Assembly (NCBI GenBank): GCA_012295275.1
Contig: CM022677.1
Location: forward strand, 14,880,001 to 14,944,000
Direction: 5' to 3'
DNA length: 64,000 bases
From: Chrysomallon squamiferum
Taxonomy: Eukaryota > Animalia > Mollusca
Shown: positions 42,567-56,900 of the stretch, one piece after another
Layout of the letters: each line of letters starts with the position of its first letter
Position numbering within the stretch: position 1 is the first letter of the stretch
Made by a program: the position numbers and the translations under genes
Notes under the pieces: model-generated
Database searches by the model: none
Told to the model about the DNA's origin: nothing
Seen by the model: only the letters and a program-made list of their open reading frames with translations

Positions 42567-42832
42567 TGTGTGTGTTTGTGTGTATATGTGTGTGTGTCTG
42601 TATGTGTGTTTGTGTGTCTCTGTGTGTGTATGTGTGTATATATATGTGTGTGTGTGTCTGTGTGTGTGTTTGTGTGTCTCTGTGTGTGTATGTGTGTATA
42701 TATATGTGTGTGTGTCTGTGTGTGTGTTTGTGTGTCTCTGTGTGTGTATGTGTGTGTATGTGTGTATGTGTGTGTTTGTGTGTCTGTTTGTGTGTGCATG
42801 TGTGCGTGTCTGTGTGTATATGTGTGTGTGTG
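42443..42832. repeat. Compound (GT)n microsatellite
   Basis: Begins exactly at the right TIR of the Tigger-like element. Confidence 0.95.
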
Positions 42833-43249
42833 TGGCTATTTTTTTTTCTCTCTCTCTCTGTGAACCTATCTATTTATCTGTCTGTGTACCAACGTATCTG
42901 TTTATCTATCTGTCTCTTTGTACTTCTCTCTATATACAGTAAAAAGATATAAAATTACAGAAACTAAAGTTCAGTTACATACTGTCATACTGCAGGGAAG
43001 AAAATGTTTCTGCAGTCTTCCACAACATAAAACAAACTCTAAGAAAGATACAACATTCAAGAAAGTAAACAAAGTACGTTGTCCTGGGACCTATGACGAG
43101 TTCTGTGGTGGTGCAGACGTTGTTTCTGTCTACGAATTAGGTAATAATTTTATTTTGATAATATACAGGTATTAGAAGTATAAGCTTTTCCAGACTGATT
43201 TCTATTTTTTATTTTTTATTATTAGATCAGAAAAGTAATATTTGTAATA

Positions 43250-43990
43250 GTAATAGTAGTAGTAGAAAAGGATTAGTAGTAGCTGTTGTTGTAATCAGAA
43301 TTCAGTAGACGTTGAGCAGAAGTAGTAGAAGTAGTAGAAATAGCAGTAGTAGCAGCAGATGTAGTAGTAGAAGCAGTAATAGTAATAATAGCTGAAGTAA
43401 TAGCAACAATAGTAATAGTAGCACTAGTAGTAGTATTAGCAGAAGTAGTACCAGTAGCAATAATAGTAGTAGTAGTAGTAGAAGTAGTACCAGTAGCAAC
43501 AATAGTAGTAGTATTAGTAGAAGTAGTACCAGTAGCAATAATAGTAGTAGTATTAGTAGAAGTAGTACCAGTAGCAATAATAGTAGTAGTATTAGCAGAA
43601 GTAGTACCAGTAGCAATAATAGTAGTAGTAGCAGAAGTAGTACCAGTAGCAATAATAGTAATAGTATTAGTAGAAGTAGTACCAGTAGCAATAATAGTAG
43701 TAGTATTAGTAGAAGTAGTACCAGTAGCAATAATAGTAGTAGTAGAAAGAGTAGCTGGAGTTGAATAATAATATTAGAAGCAGCACAAATAGCAGAAGTA
43801 GTAGTAATGTTTGTAGAACTAACAGAAAATAGTAATAGTAGCAGTAAACGTAGTAGTTGTTACTGTAGATGATGTAACAGATGGAGAAGAAATAATACAA
43901 GCTGTAGGTGGCATGAGTAGTGGTAGTAGCAATAGAAACAGGAATAGTGGTGGTGGTGGTAGTAGTTGTGAACAGAAGAAGATGAAATAG
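43250..43990. repeat. (AGT)n-derived minisatellite, ~36-bp unit
   Basis: AGTAGTATTAGTAGAAGTAGTACCAGTAGCAATAAT repeated at ~43420-43745 within an AGT-rich tract. Confidence 0.85.
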
Positions 43991-45537
43991 CGGTAGTACC
44001 ACACAGACATTGTTTTTATATTAAAGAAATATTTTATTTCAGATCTGCCTGTTTCTGTAGATATAAAAAGCAGAACAAGTAAAAACAGCAACTGCGGCTA
44101 CGTCAAATATGAAAACCACAAAATCACCCTTCGATTTGCAGACTGCTGTGCAAATTGGCAGCTTAGTGTTTGTCCAAGTATGTTGTTTATTTATTTATTT
44201 ATTTATTTATTTTAGTTTGTTTGTTTGTTTGTTTATATATTTGTGTCTATTTGTTTGTTTGTTTGTTCATTAGTTTATTTTTTCTTTCATTCTGTTCTTT
44301 ATTTGCTTCCGTTTTGACACCGTATGCATTTGTGCTTGAATTTTATCTTTATGTGTTTTCATTTGTATGCATTTAACTAATATTATATTCATTACTGAAA
44401 AATGCTAACATCGATGAAAAAACCCAACAAACAATAAAAAGAAGAGATGTTTAAATCCAAAAGTAATTTTACTGACGTTTCTTCTACGTTTCAGAAAATA
44501 GTTTTATTCATGTGACACATACGTGCAGAAGTGAGGTATGTATTTTAACACAATATTTAAAATGGAATGACGCTAGAGTACAGTGTGGTGGAAATCTGTC
44601 AAAACTGACAGACACAGCAGAGTCAGAACTGAAAACACTGATTAACGATGAATGGTATAAATACTGGATTGGTCTGAAACGAAATATTGAATGGAGGTGG
44701 ATTGATGAGAACTCAGATGGACAAACACACACAAAAATACAAACATACATAAATACAAACATACATGACTACAAACATACATAAATACAAGCATACATAT
44801 ATACGCACATACACAAATATGTCTTTCCTGATCACATGTTCATTGGCTAAATGTTCAGCCACATATGCAATACACAAATACGCAGAAATACCTACACTCT
44901 TAGACACACGTAGAAAACTTCTATCTCTCTGTTATCCAAATATTTATTTATCTACTAACGTCCCTTACTATATACACGATTATATAATGATGTATGATGA
45001 CGCTACATTTCAAATATTTCACCTTATTAATGAAAAGATTTTATTCTCTCTTTGGTTTTTTTTTTTTTTTTCTTTTTTCTTAAGGAAACCTTGTTACAAA
45101 TCCTTCCAACAGTCATGAAACAGCTCATCAAAGTATTGCATGGAAGAGAAACAAAAATAACAACATTCCTAAAAAGTCATCGACAAAATGTTCTGCTGTG
45201 TGTCAACTTTGTGAGTATTGTGCGTGTGCGTGTGCGTCTCAGTTTTTGACTAAAATGAAGAAACTATTTTAGAAAACAGTACACCGACTTACAGAATCAC
45301 AGATACATGGTTCGATATACAAAAGCAAGCATTAATATACTAGATACACAATATGTACACAAACATACACATATAGCAATATACTCAAACATCCATGCGA
45401 TATTTATAAATTAATGATTTTAAAGTATAAAAATAATATTTTCAGTGAAAAGTAAACTTCGATTACAGAAATATTATTGTCTGTCTCTGGTATTTCTTAC
45501 ATGTATTATTTTTAAGAGAAATTAACAGTCGTAGTAT

Positions 45538-45590
<53 letters not shown>

Positions 45591-48500
45591 ATTTTGAAAC
45601 AATCAGAAACGAAATACATATACACATTTTGATTATAAATTAAAAATAATTATGGTGGTATTTGAGAAGAAATATGATGATGTTGATAATTTAGATAATA
45701 ATGACAAAGACGATACATTTCACTATAAAGATTTTCTGTTAAAAAACATGTAACTTTTATTAACAGATAAAACAACTACTACATCGATTCCAACGACCAA
45801 ACTACTAACACTTAACACGAAAGTGACAACGACAACGACGACAAAAGAAACAGTGGACTTCACAACAACACAATTTAACTTTTTGACAACGGAAACAACG
45901 ACGACAACGACAACAAAAGAAACAGTGGACTTCACAACAACACAATTTAACTTTTTGACAACGGAAACAACGACGACAACGACAACCAAAGAAAAAGTGG
46001 ACCTTACAACAACACAATTTAACTTTCTGACGTCAACGTTGTTTGACAAAGGACGAAAACAACAGACTCACCAGTCCAAAAACAGTACAGGTCATTTAAA
46101 TATTTTCTTTGTTTTAATATTTGCTTTCTTATTTATTTATTTTTGTCCTTCATTTTATTTTATTTTATTTTATTTAGTTATTTCATCTTTTTTCTTTTTT
46201 ATTGTTAAATTTTATTATTAATATAATGATTACTAATTATCATTATCATTATTATTATTTTTTTTTTTTTTTCTTGTCAGTGTTTTGCCTTTCTGGCAGC
46301 TTGTTTAGTTTTTAAATAACGATCACAAATGGTCTGTTTCCTTAATTTTAAATTACGACTGTTCAGTTATGGATAAATGATGTTAAAAGATTTGTAACAA
46401 GCTGAGATGTAGGTAAATAAACAGATGTAACTTGTTTATTTTTAGCTTTGATTGGCGGCAGTGTTGTTGTTGTCATTGTTGTTATCGTAACATCTATCTT
46501 GATTTTCATCTGGATGAAACGGTAATGAAACTTATTTATTTATTTATTTATTTATGTATTTATTTATTTGTGTGTTTATTTATTTATATAATGTCATTTT
46601 TCTGTTATTTATTAGTGAAAAGACGTAAATTGTAAAAAACACGAATACCAATGAAATGTGTTAGAGCATGTGAAGTGTTATGAAACATATATATATATAT
46701 ATATACACGAAAATAAATAATAATAATAATCATAATAATAATAATAATATGTATTATTATCAATTATCATTCTATATTATATTACAGAACAAAACGTTTC
46801 TGTTTCGCAAAAGAAAAATCTTCAGAACAAAAAGTAGATTTTCGGAGAGAGACTGTAACAAGCTACGAAAATTCTGATATGACACTGGCTGGTGTAGATG
46901 ACCCCTATTACAGTGAAATAAACGACGGCATGCGACAAGGAACAGCAACTCTATTTCAAACTGATAAACAGAGTTGTTCCCCTCTAACCAATGACAGCAG
47001 ACATAATATTAACGTGAATTTTAGTAACGATTCGGATTACGAAATTACAGAAGTGATTCAAGAAAATCGTCATCAACATAAACATAATGCTGATGTCGGA
47101 GTTTACGAAACGATAGACAGAACAATACCGACAGCTACTGCATCGAATGTGTACTACCATCTTCCTTAAACAAAACGTCGACGACTACGACACAACAGAA
47201 GCCGTTGTTCCAAACTTCTGTGATTCCAGTTTATATAACCACACTGACGTAAATTCATCTCAGTATTCATTAAAAGCAGACGACATCAACTGTGAGAACG
47301 TAGATGAAGAACTGAATTTCTCTCAAAATGATGGAAATGTTTATTTCGTTCTGGAAGACGAAGATGTATCCTCGTGGTATCTGTTTTGACACAGATAAGC
47401 AACAATCTCGCGTTGTCCAGAAATAAAGATGTTTTTCTTGTTGTTATTGACAGAGACTGAACGTAATATATACATATATTATGTATATATATATATATAA
47501 TTGATTAAAATATAAACAATCAATTCTATATACACATTGCGAGTTTTTTGTTTGTTTCTAGTCAGAATGTGTATACTGTAACGTGCATATCTTTTTAACG
47601 CGGTATGGGTTTTGACTCAGAACGTGTAAGTGAGTTCTATAAAAATATATTGAAGTGGGCGTGGTCTAATTGTATGACAGTGTTCTGACTGTCAGCAGAC
47701 GTCAACGTTTTGTTCAGTTTGTGAGTGAAATTCATTGTGAAACTTTGGAGATACGAGGTTGTTTATATATGGCTTACTTTTCAAAGCAACTGCCGAGAGG
47801 GGTAAGTTATGAGGATTACTATGCTGATGAGCGTCTTACAGGAGCAGCATTTACATCTTGTGATGATGTCTGTCATCAGCTGTCATATTCACATCCCGCT
47901 CTGTCTCAATAAAAGGACAACAAGTAAATGGAAGGGGAGAAGTGATCACTGGATGAACATTCTCACTTACGGTTCTCATTATCGGGGAGATGTTTAGGAA
48001 GATTTAATGCTGGGTTACGGCTATTACATATGTCGCTTGTGTTCATGTAGTGGATCTGTAGTGTTATATCTTTTGAATCCAATATCTGTGGACATTTTTC
48101 GCCAGGTCACCAAATGTGAACAAAGTTCCGTTTAGGCGACTAGGATGTTAAAAACACTAAGCATTAGTCGTGCAAAAAAAAAAAAATATATATATATTTT
48201 TGTGACCATATTTTTCTATAAGTTATAACAAAAGAGCCACTGTTAATAATTTTATTTCAAATATTTATTTCACATAAAAGGATTGTTCATAGTTCCATAA
48301 GTTCGACGTATCGTCTTACCGTATTTGCCAAAATCTATTTATACACATTAATGCTAAAGTGAAGCTAGCTAACATTTCCAACCTTAACGTTATAGAGTTA
48401 TCGGTTGGTTAACAAAACAGTTTATCACAGGCGATAACTCTATCAGCAAGAGCATGCTATTGTTTTTCATTATTTATTCAAGTATTAGTTCCCTAAAGTG

Positions 48501-49069
48501 AAGCCAACGAACAAATCTAGCGAACTATTACACCGTCAGGTTGAAGAATTATCGGTTGGTTAACGGAACAAGTTATCATGGGAGATAACTCCATAACCTT
48601 GTATTTGCTATGTTTTTCCTTTTCAATTCCAGTAGGGTTACTTACCAGTAATAAAAAGGAAAAACAGTTTGTTTGAAAATTTATTACCAGCTGATTTGAA
48701 TAATTAGGACTCAATTTTTCTGGCTATTTTAATTAATAAAGAATTTTGGTATTTCATTTTAGATGTTGGAAAAATAAGGTAAGCCAATACATCGAGATTA
48801 TTGAACTATGAGCAAATCTGTTCACTGGAAAAATGGGGAGATAGAAATAAGTAATGTTTCATGGTTTTAGAAATTCCATAGCTACAGTTTGGTGTTCTGT
48901 TTATTTTGTGTTTGAATTTGATTGAGTTTAGATTAGTTGCCTAGATGATTCTAAGTTGTAAGGTTCTTGTGTAGTTCCTTACTAAAATTATTTTGGGATT
49001 TGAAGATGAAAGGTTTAATTAATGTTTATTTTCTATCTTTACTATTCACCCATTCCAGTCCACAATTCA

Positions 49070-52000
49070 ATATGGTTGACTGTTAGTTCAAGGCAGTGCA
49101 CTGTATCTAGTATATTACAGACTGTTGTATGTACCACCCTGTCAGTCAGTCTGTTTGTTCAAGGGAAGGCACTGTGGTATGTACTATCCTGTCAGTGAGT
49201 CTGTTCAAGGCAGTACACGGTATCTAGAATTACAGACTGTGGTATGTACTACCCTGTAAATGAGACTGTTCAAGGCAGGACACCGTCTCTAGTATATTAC
49301 AGACTGTGCTATGTACTATCCTGTTAGTGAGTCTGTTCAAGGCAGTGCACCGTGTCTAGTTTATTACAGACTGTGGAATATACTATCCTGTCAGTGATTA
49401 TGTTTGTTCAAGGCAGAGCATCTTCTCCACTAATATTAAAGACTGAGGTATGTACTACCCTGTCACTGAGTCTCTTTGTTCAAAGCAATGCATGTATCTA
49501 GTAGAGTGCTATGTACTACCCTCTCAGTGAGTCTGTTCAAGGCAGTGCACTGTATCTAGTATATTACAGACTGTGGTATGTACTACCCTGTCAGTGGCTG
49601 TGTGTTCAAGGCAGCCCATCGTGTCTAGTATATTATACACTGTGGTATATACTACACTGTGAGTGAGTCTGTTCAAGGCAGTCCATCGTGTCCAGTATAT
49701 TATAGACTGTGGTATGTACTATCCTGTCAGTGATTCTGTTTGTTCAAGGCAGTGCATCGTGTCTAGTATATTACAGACTGTGGTATGTACTATCCTGTCA
49801 CTGATTCTGTTTGTTCAAGGCAGTGCACCGTGTCTAGTATATTACAGACTGTGGTATGTTCCACCCTATAAGTGAGTCTGTTTCTTCAAGGAAGTGCATC
49901 TTGTCCAGTATATTACAGACTGTGGTATGTAATACCCTGTCGGTGAGTCTGTTTAGGGCAATGCACTGTATCTAGTATATTACAGACTGTGGTATGTACT
50001 ATCCTGTCAGTGAGTGTCTGTTCAAGGCAGTGCACCGTGTATAGTATATTACAGAGTATGGAATGTACTACCCTGTATGTGAGTCTGTTTGTTCAAGGCA
50101 GTGCTCCATGTCAAGTATATTACAGAATGTGGTATGTACTACCCTGTCAGGAGTGTATTTGTTCAAGGCAATGCATCGTGTTTAATATATTACAGACTGT
50201 GGTATATACTATTCTGTCAGTTATTCTGTTTGTTCAAGGCAGTGCACATTATGTAGAATATTATAGACTGTGGTATGCACAATCCTGTGAGTGAGTATGT
50301 TTCTTAATGCCAGTTCTTCGTGTCTAGTATATTACAGACTGTGGTATGTACTACCCTGTCAGTGAGTCTGTTCAAGGCAGAGCATCATGTCCAGTATATT
50401 ACAGACTGTGGTATCTACTACCCTGTTAGGAGTCTGTTTGTTCAAGGCAGTGCACTGTATCTAGTATTACAGACTGTGGTATGTACTACCCTGTTAGTGA
50501 GTCTGTTTGTTCAAGGCACTGTTTGTGTCTAGTATTACAGACTGTGGTATATACTATCCTGTCAGTGAGTCTGTTTCTTCAATGCAGTGCATCGTACCTA
50601 GTATATTACAGACTGTGGTATGTAATATCCTGTCAGTGAGTGTCTGTTCAAGGCAGTGCATCGTGACTAGTACATTAGAGAATGTGGTATGTACTATCCT
50701 GTTAGTGAGTCTTTTCAAGGCAGTGAATCGTATATTACAGACTGTGGTATATACTACCCTGTCAATGAGTCTGTTTCTTCAAGGCAGTTGACTGTGTGTA
50801 GTAATTAGACTGTGGTATGTACTACCTTGTCTGTGAGTCTCTTTGTTCAAGGCAGTGCATGTATCTAGTTTATTACAGTCTGTGGTATGCACTATCCTGT
50901 CAGTGACTGTGTTTTCAAGGCAGTGCATCGTGTATAGTATATTACAGACTGTGGTATATACTACCCTCTCAGTGAGTCTGTTCAAGGCAGGGCACTGTTT
51001 CTAGTATATTACAGGTCTGTGGTATGTACTATCCTGTCAGTGACTGTGTGTTCAATGCAGTGCATCGGGTCTAGTATATTATAGACTATGGTATGTACTA
51101 TCCTGTCAGTGAGTATGCTTGTCCAAGGCAGTGAATCGTGTAAAGCATATTACAGACTGTGGTGTGTACTATCCTGTCAGTGAGTCTGTTTGTTCAAGGC
51201 AGTGCATCGTGTCTAGTATATTACAGACTCTGGTATGTACTACCCTATAAGTGACTCTGCTTGTTCAAGGCAATCCATCGTGTCAGATGTATGGTATGTA
51301 CTACCCTGTCAGACAGCCTGTTTGTTCCAGGCTGTGCATCGTGTCTAGTATATTACAGACTGTTGAATGTACTATCCTGTCAGTGAGTCTGTTTGTTCAA
51401 GGCTGTGTATCATCTCTATTACAGATTGTAGTATGTACCTCCCAATCAGTGAGTCTGTTTGTTCAAGGCAGTACATCTTCTCCAGTATATTATAGACTGT
51501 GGTATGTACTATCCTGTCAGTGAGTCTGTTTGTTCAAGGCAGTGCATCGTGTCTAGTATATTACAGACTGTGGTATGTACTATCCTGTAACTGAGTCTTT
51601 TCCAGGCAGTGCACCGTGTCTAGTATATTACAGACTGTGGTATGTACTATCCTGTAACTGAGTCTTTTCCAGGCAGTGCACCGTGTCTAGTATATTACAG
51701 ACTGTGCTATGTACTACCCTCTCTGTGAGTCTGTTCAAGGCAGTGCACTGTATCTAGTATATTACAGACTGTGCTATGTACTATCATGTCAGTGACGTGT
51801 TCAAGGCAGTGCATCGGGTCTAGTATATTATAGACTGTGGTATGTACTATCCTGTCAGTGAGTCTGTTTGTTCAAGGCAGTGCATCGTGTCTAGTATATT
51901 ACAGACTGTGGTATATACTATCCTGTCAGTGAGTCTGTTTGTTCAAGGCAGAGCATCTTCTTCAGTATATTACAGACTGTGATATGTACTACCCTCTCAG

Positions 52001-52835
52001 TGAGTCTTTTCAAGGCAGGGCACTGTTTCTACAGACTGTGGTATGTACTATCCTGTCAGTGAGTCTGATCAAGGCAATTCTTAGTGTCTCGTATATTACA
52101 GACTGTGGTATGTACTATCCTGTCAGTGAGTCCGATCAAGGCAGTGCATCGTGTATAGTATATATTACAGTCTGGAATGTACTACCCTGTATGTGAATCT
52201 GTTTGTTGAAGGCAGTGCTCTGTGTGAAGTATATTACAGAATGTGGTATGTACTACCCTGTCAGTGAGTCTGTTTGTTGAAGGCAGTGCTCTGTGTCAAG
52301 TATATTACAGTGTGGTATGTACTACCCTGTCAGTGAGTCTGTCTGTTAAAAGCAGTCAAAACTGTCTAGTACATTACAGACTGTGGTATATACTATTCTT
52401 TCAGTTTGTTCAAGGCAGTGCATTTTATGTAGAATATTACAGACTGTGGTATGTACAATCCTGTGAGTCTGTTTGTTCAAGGCAGTTCTTCGTGTCTAGT
52501 ATATTACAGACTCTGGTATATACTATCCTGAGAGTGAGCCTGTTGGTTGAAGGCAGTGCGTCGTGTCTAGTATATTACAGACTGTGGTATGTACTACCCT
52601 GTCACTGAGTCTGTTCAAGGCAGTACGCCGTGTCTTGTATATTACAGACTGTGGTATGTACTACCCTGTCACTGAGTCTGTTCAAGGCAGTATGCCGTGT
52701 CTAGTATATTACAGATTGTGGTATGTACTATCGTGTCAATGAATCTGTTTGTTCAAGGCAGTGCACTATGTTTATTACCCACTGTGATATGTACTACCCT
52801 GTCAGTCTGTTTGTTCAAGGCAGTGCGTCGTGTCT
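49070..52835. repeat. 67/71-bp satellite array, unrelated to the 40-bp family
   Basis: Monomer GTGCATCGTGTCTAGTATATTACAGACTGTGGTATGTACTATCCTGTCAGTGAGTCTGT(TTGT)TCAAGGCA, roughly 50 copies. Confidence 0.95.
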
Positions 52836-53209
52836 ATTTATTTTAAAATACTTTAAATTTTGACATGTTTTTAATGTAAAATGAGTTTTTCCGCTTATAT
52901 TCAAGTCTGCAATCAACACTAAATAATTTCTCCATATTATTTAAGTTAAAAAACTAATTAACTGTCTCACATGAATAAAGTATTATAAAATGTTCACCTA
53001 GGTAATAAAATTTTAAAAAACCCAAGCAAATAATAAACACATCCACAAAAACATGCTCACACACTGACACACAAAACACCCACCCAAGGTAAAAGTGCTT
53101 TACCATATTAACACATGGTGGAGAGGAAGTTTCCTATCTGTTTATCAGTGAGTTTCTTTCTAAACAAAAACATTTTACACAGTAACTGTAATAATCACTA
53201 ACACCAATT

Positions 53210-53410
53210 TTATATTTGTCTGCACCTGACACTAGAATGGAAACAGGACAAGAACAGTTTTATCTCGTTGTTATTGTAAGTGTGGTTTATGTAGCCCTGC
53301 AGACATTTGGTGCAGAACAAGTGTCCTCGATACAGAACTCACAGCTTGTCGGAAATTTCCATACAAAGTCAGCACAAAAGAATATCATCGGAATCTGAAG
53401 CTGTTGCCAT
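53210..53410 (-). pseudogene. TRIM-type N-terminal RING finger fragment, disabled
   Basis: After an AACAG acceptor it translates MATASDSDDILLC*LCMEISDKL*VLYRGHLFCTKCLQGYINH.., which fits C3HC4 RING spacing, with two stops and a frameshift before the CPV-like end. Confidence 0.65.
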
Positions 53411-53603
53411 ATCTGTTAACAATAAAAATAAAAATAATAACAACAACAACAACAACAACAACAACAGCAGCAGCAACAGCAGCTACAGCAGCAGCAGTAG
53501 CAAGGATATGGAAGACTTGAGAAGATAAAAAAGAAAATACAGAGAAAGGAAAATGTAAGAAAACAAAAGAAAAAGAAATAATAATAATAATAATAATAAT
53601 AAC

Positions 53604-53641
<38 letters not shown>

Positions 53642-53966
53642 CGACAAAAAAAAAAGCCAACACAATGCCATCCTTATTTAAGTACATCAGTGAAAACAAA
53701 GATCTGAATAAATTCTGAAGAGCTCTCAATTCAGCAACAAATAATTTACATTATTTTTTCTTACAAAATATCTAAATTAACAGCCTTTTTCAACAATGTA
53801 TATCTGATTAGGGCTAATAAGAAAAATAAAAAATACAAGTAATGAGATAACAGTTAACATTAGCTTCTGACAAAAATATTACATTCTGATTATTTTTCAC
53901 CTTAATTTTTTTATACAAATATCATTATCATCTTTGTCAGTTAGAGAAAAGACAGTGTCAACTCAC

Positions 53967-56900
53967 TTGATCTCTTCAAGTTCTGTTTGATATTGTTTGT
54001 GTGATTGTTTAATGTTCCCAACATGAGTAACCATTACCTCCATTGTACAACTGAGTCTCATCTCCTACAAAAACACACACACTTATATTTGTACTGATTT
54101 TACTTGTAGAATTCTCTGGTTATTAATTATTGCTCCTTTTATAAATAAATAAAAATAAATAAATAAAATAAAGTAAAAAAGTTAGAGTAAAGTAAAAAGA
54201 ATCTTAAAATCAGACTGCCATTTCATGGCAGGTGTCTTTATAACTGAACAAATAATTAGTCCTTAGTGATTCTATGGATTCTTTCAATAAATGAGATCTT
54301 ATATGGCAGACAAAGCATCAGTATACAATAATTGCTAATCATTTTCATGATTTTACAAAAACAAATATATTACATTTTTATGTATGTTGCTTAATTCAGT
54401 GTAAGAAACCTATTTTGCAAAAGACTGAAGAAATATTTAAAACTGAAATAAAATGAAAAGGTTTGCAATGAATAATGTAATTAAATACCTGCTGGACAGC
54501 ACCAAATACTTCAACTCTACTGGAGACTCGAGCTACTCTTTGTTCCAGTATATCAATCTGAGTTTGTATTTATCAACAGTTTCTTGAATATTTTTATCCT
54601 TAACAAGCTGATTTAACTTCTGAAAATAAACAGTTTAAATCCACAGTTTAGTATATTGGTTTCTTCAGTTCCTATAAATACATGAAGAAAGATCTGAATG
54701 TCTTTCAGTAAATACTAACATTTCCTTGTTATAAAACAGTTCAATAAATTAAAACAGCATGAATCAATATAATTATAGTAAACTAAAAATTGAAACATAA
54801 TCTTTTTTAAATCTTTTGTTTTGTATTCTAATGATGCAGTTATCAATTCAAATTATTTACTGAAAAATAATCTAAAGAGATAAAAAAACATGTCTAAAAT
54901 AAAGATGAATTTGATACACATAATTAAGAATTTTTCATTCAGAAACACCTTCAACAAAATTAACATAAATCTGTTTTTCTTTATGAACTGATTTCACACA
55001 TACCTCAACATTATTCCTTAAGCCATGTAGTTCTTAGTCCAAGTTCTTTTCAGCAATGTCCCACGACCTTTCTTGACTCTTTTCTCTGCTCTTGAGTTAA
55101 TTTGTCCATCTTGAAGGTCAGGAATTCAAAATAGTTAAAATACCAAAAATAAACTGTAATATATAAATTCAATCAAATGCTAATGTAAGAACATTCAAGT
55201 CACATTACACTGAAAATAATAAAGTATGTTAATAAAATAATAAGCAGACATTTTATTAGTTGGACATCATTTTGTAACTAGGAAACATAAATTCCCTGAT
55301 AGTCTGAGCAAGAGATACATATTCTGTGTGTACATGAGTGAGTGTGCGTGTGTGTTTGTTTGATTTATAACATTTCTATCTATAATGTGGCTTTTTAAAT
55401 AGGAAAACTATCTCTTTTCATAAGCTTGTTATTTCATTTTCAGACTAAACTGAGTGAAGATTGTCTAGTGTAATAAGTTAAAGATAAATGTGTAAGAAGA
55501 AAAATTATTACTACATTTAATAAAAACTGAAAGCATCCACCATCTCCAAAACAAAGAACCTACACTTACTGAATAAATAATCATTTTTCACATATGTATT
55601 GTTTATCGCACTGAAAGATCTCAATGGCAAACATTGTTTATATCATTAATCTAAAATAACAAGTAAATCACATCTTTAAGTAAAATTCTAAGTAAATGCA
55701 TAATAAAAATGTACTCACTTTGACTTCTTCATCTGATAAGTTGGTGAACTGAAAGAAAAATATACAGCTGAGACAGTTGCCCTAATTCATTGTCAAAAAT
55801 CCCACAATAAGGACAAATGATTATTTTTAAGAACTGTTAGTGAATCACAACAATTTGACAGAACTTGAACTAAAAAATAATTTACAGTGACACATGATAA
55901 CTATATCATAATAGATACCAATGCTTTTCAGTTCTAATGACAAAATGTTAATGTCATTCTGCACTAGGTATGTGAATTCAGTCATTATGATTGCATGCTG
56001 CATTGGAACACTTAGAACTGATTCTATACATCTAATTTTAGATTTGATTAAAAATATAAGTTAATAATCTGGCTACAGCATTAAATTTATCCACAATAAT
56101 AATCTTTTAATCCCAAAAGATAACGAGAATTCTAATTAATTAATAATAATAAATTGCTAATGTTTTGAATGAGATGATATAATTAATTCATAAAAAATAT
56201 ATATATATCAGATTTGAATCCTGAACGAAATAATTCAGACAATCGTATGATACTGCAACACTGACAAGGAAACTAATCACCTCTATGTCATCTCATATAT
56301 AAAGTTTTCACTGGTAGGAAACAGAGTTGTAAGGATTTACACCTGCTTCTTCCTTATCAGTGGCAGTTTATAACATAATTACCACCAACTTGATGTCTGT
56401 GCATTTGGAAGGTACATTTTTCAGGAATATCGTGGAATTTTTATAAAACAGAATCAGGAAATGAAGTACTGGTTTTACATGTTTGTTTTATTTTAATTAT
56501 TATTTTTCTTATTGTTGTGGTGGTGGTGGTTGTTGCTGTTGCTATTATTACTATTCATGTTGTTGTTACATATTTATAAATAATTATTTAAAATTCTATT
56601 TTTCTTCATTAAAAAAAATCAAAAAATAAATTTAATATCCCTTCATTTCCCTGCAAAAATATAAATTAAGAACATTTAAAGATATCAAACAAACTACATA
56701 AGTATACAATCTACTGATGTGTCTATTGTCTGACTTACCTGAAAGGTCTTCCAAGGTAGTTAGGAAAATCCTCTGAAATGCTGGACATCACAACATCCAA
56801 AGTTTGTGCTGGTGGTATGATAGCTATATTTAAACAACTATCTTGTTTCATGTGCAAGTCACTGTTTTCTACTATTTAGCCAGATTTGTCTAAATAAACA

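Noticed and set aside
49070-52835. CRISPR-like array
   Set aside because: Whole monomers repeat with no unique spacers, there are no cas genes, and the context is eukaryotic.
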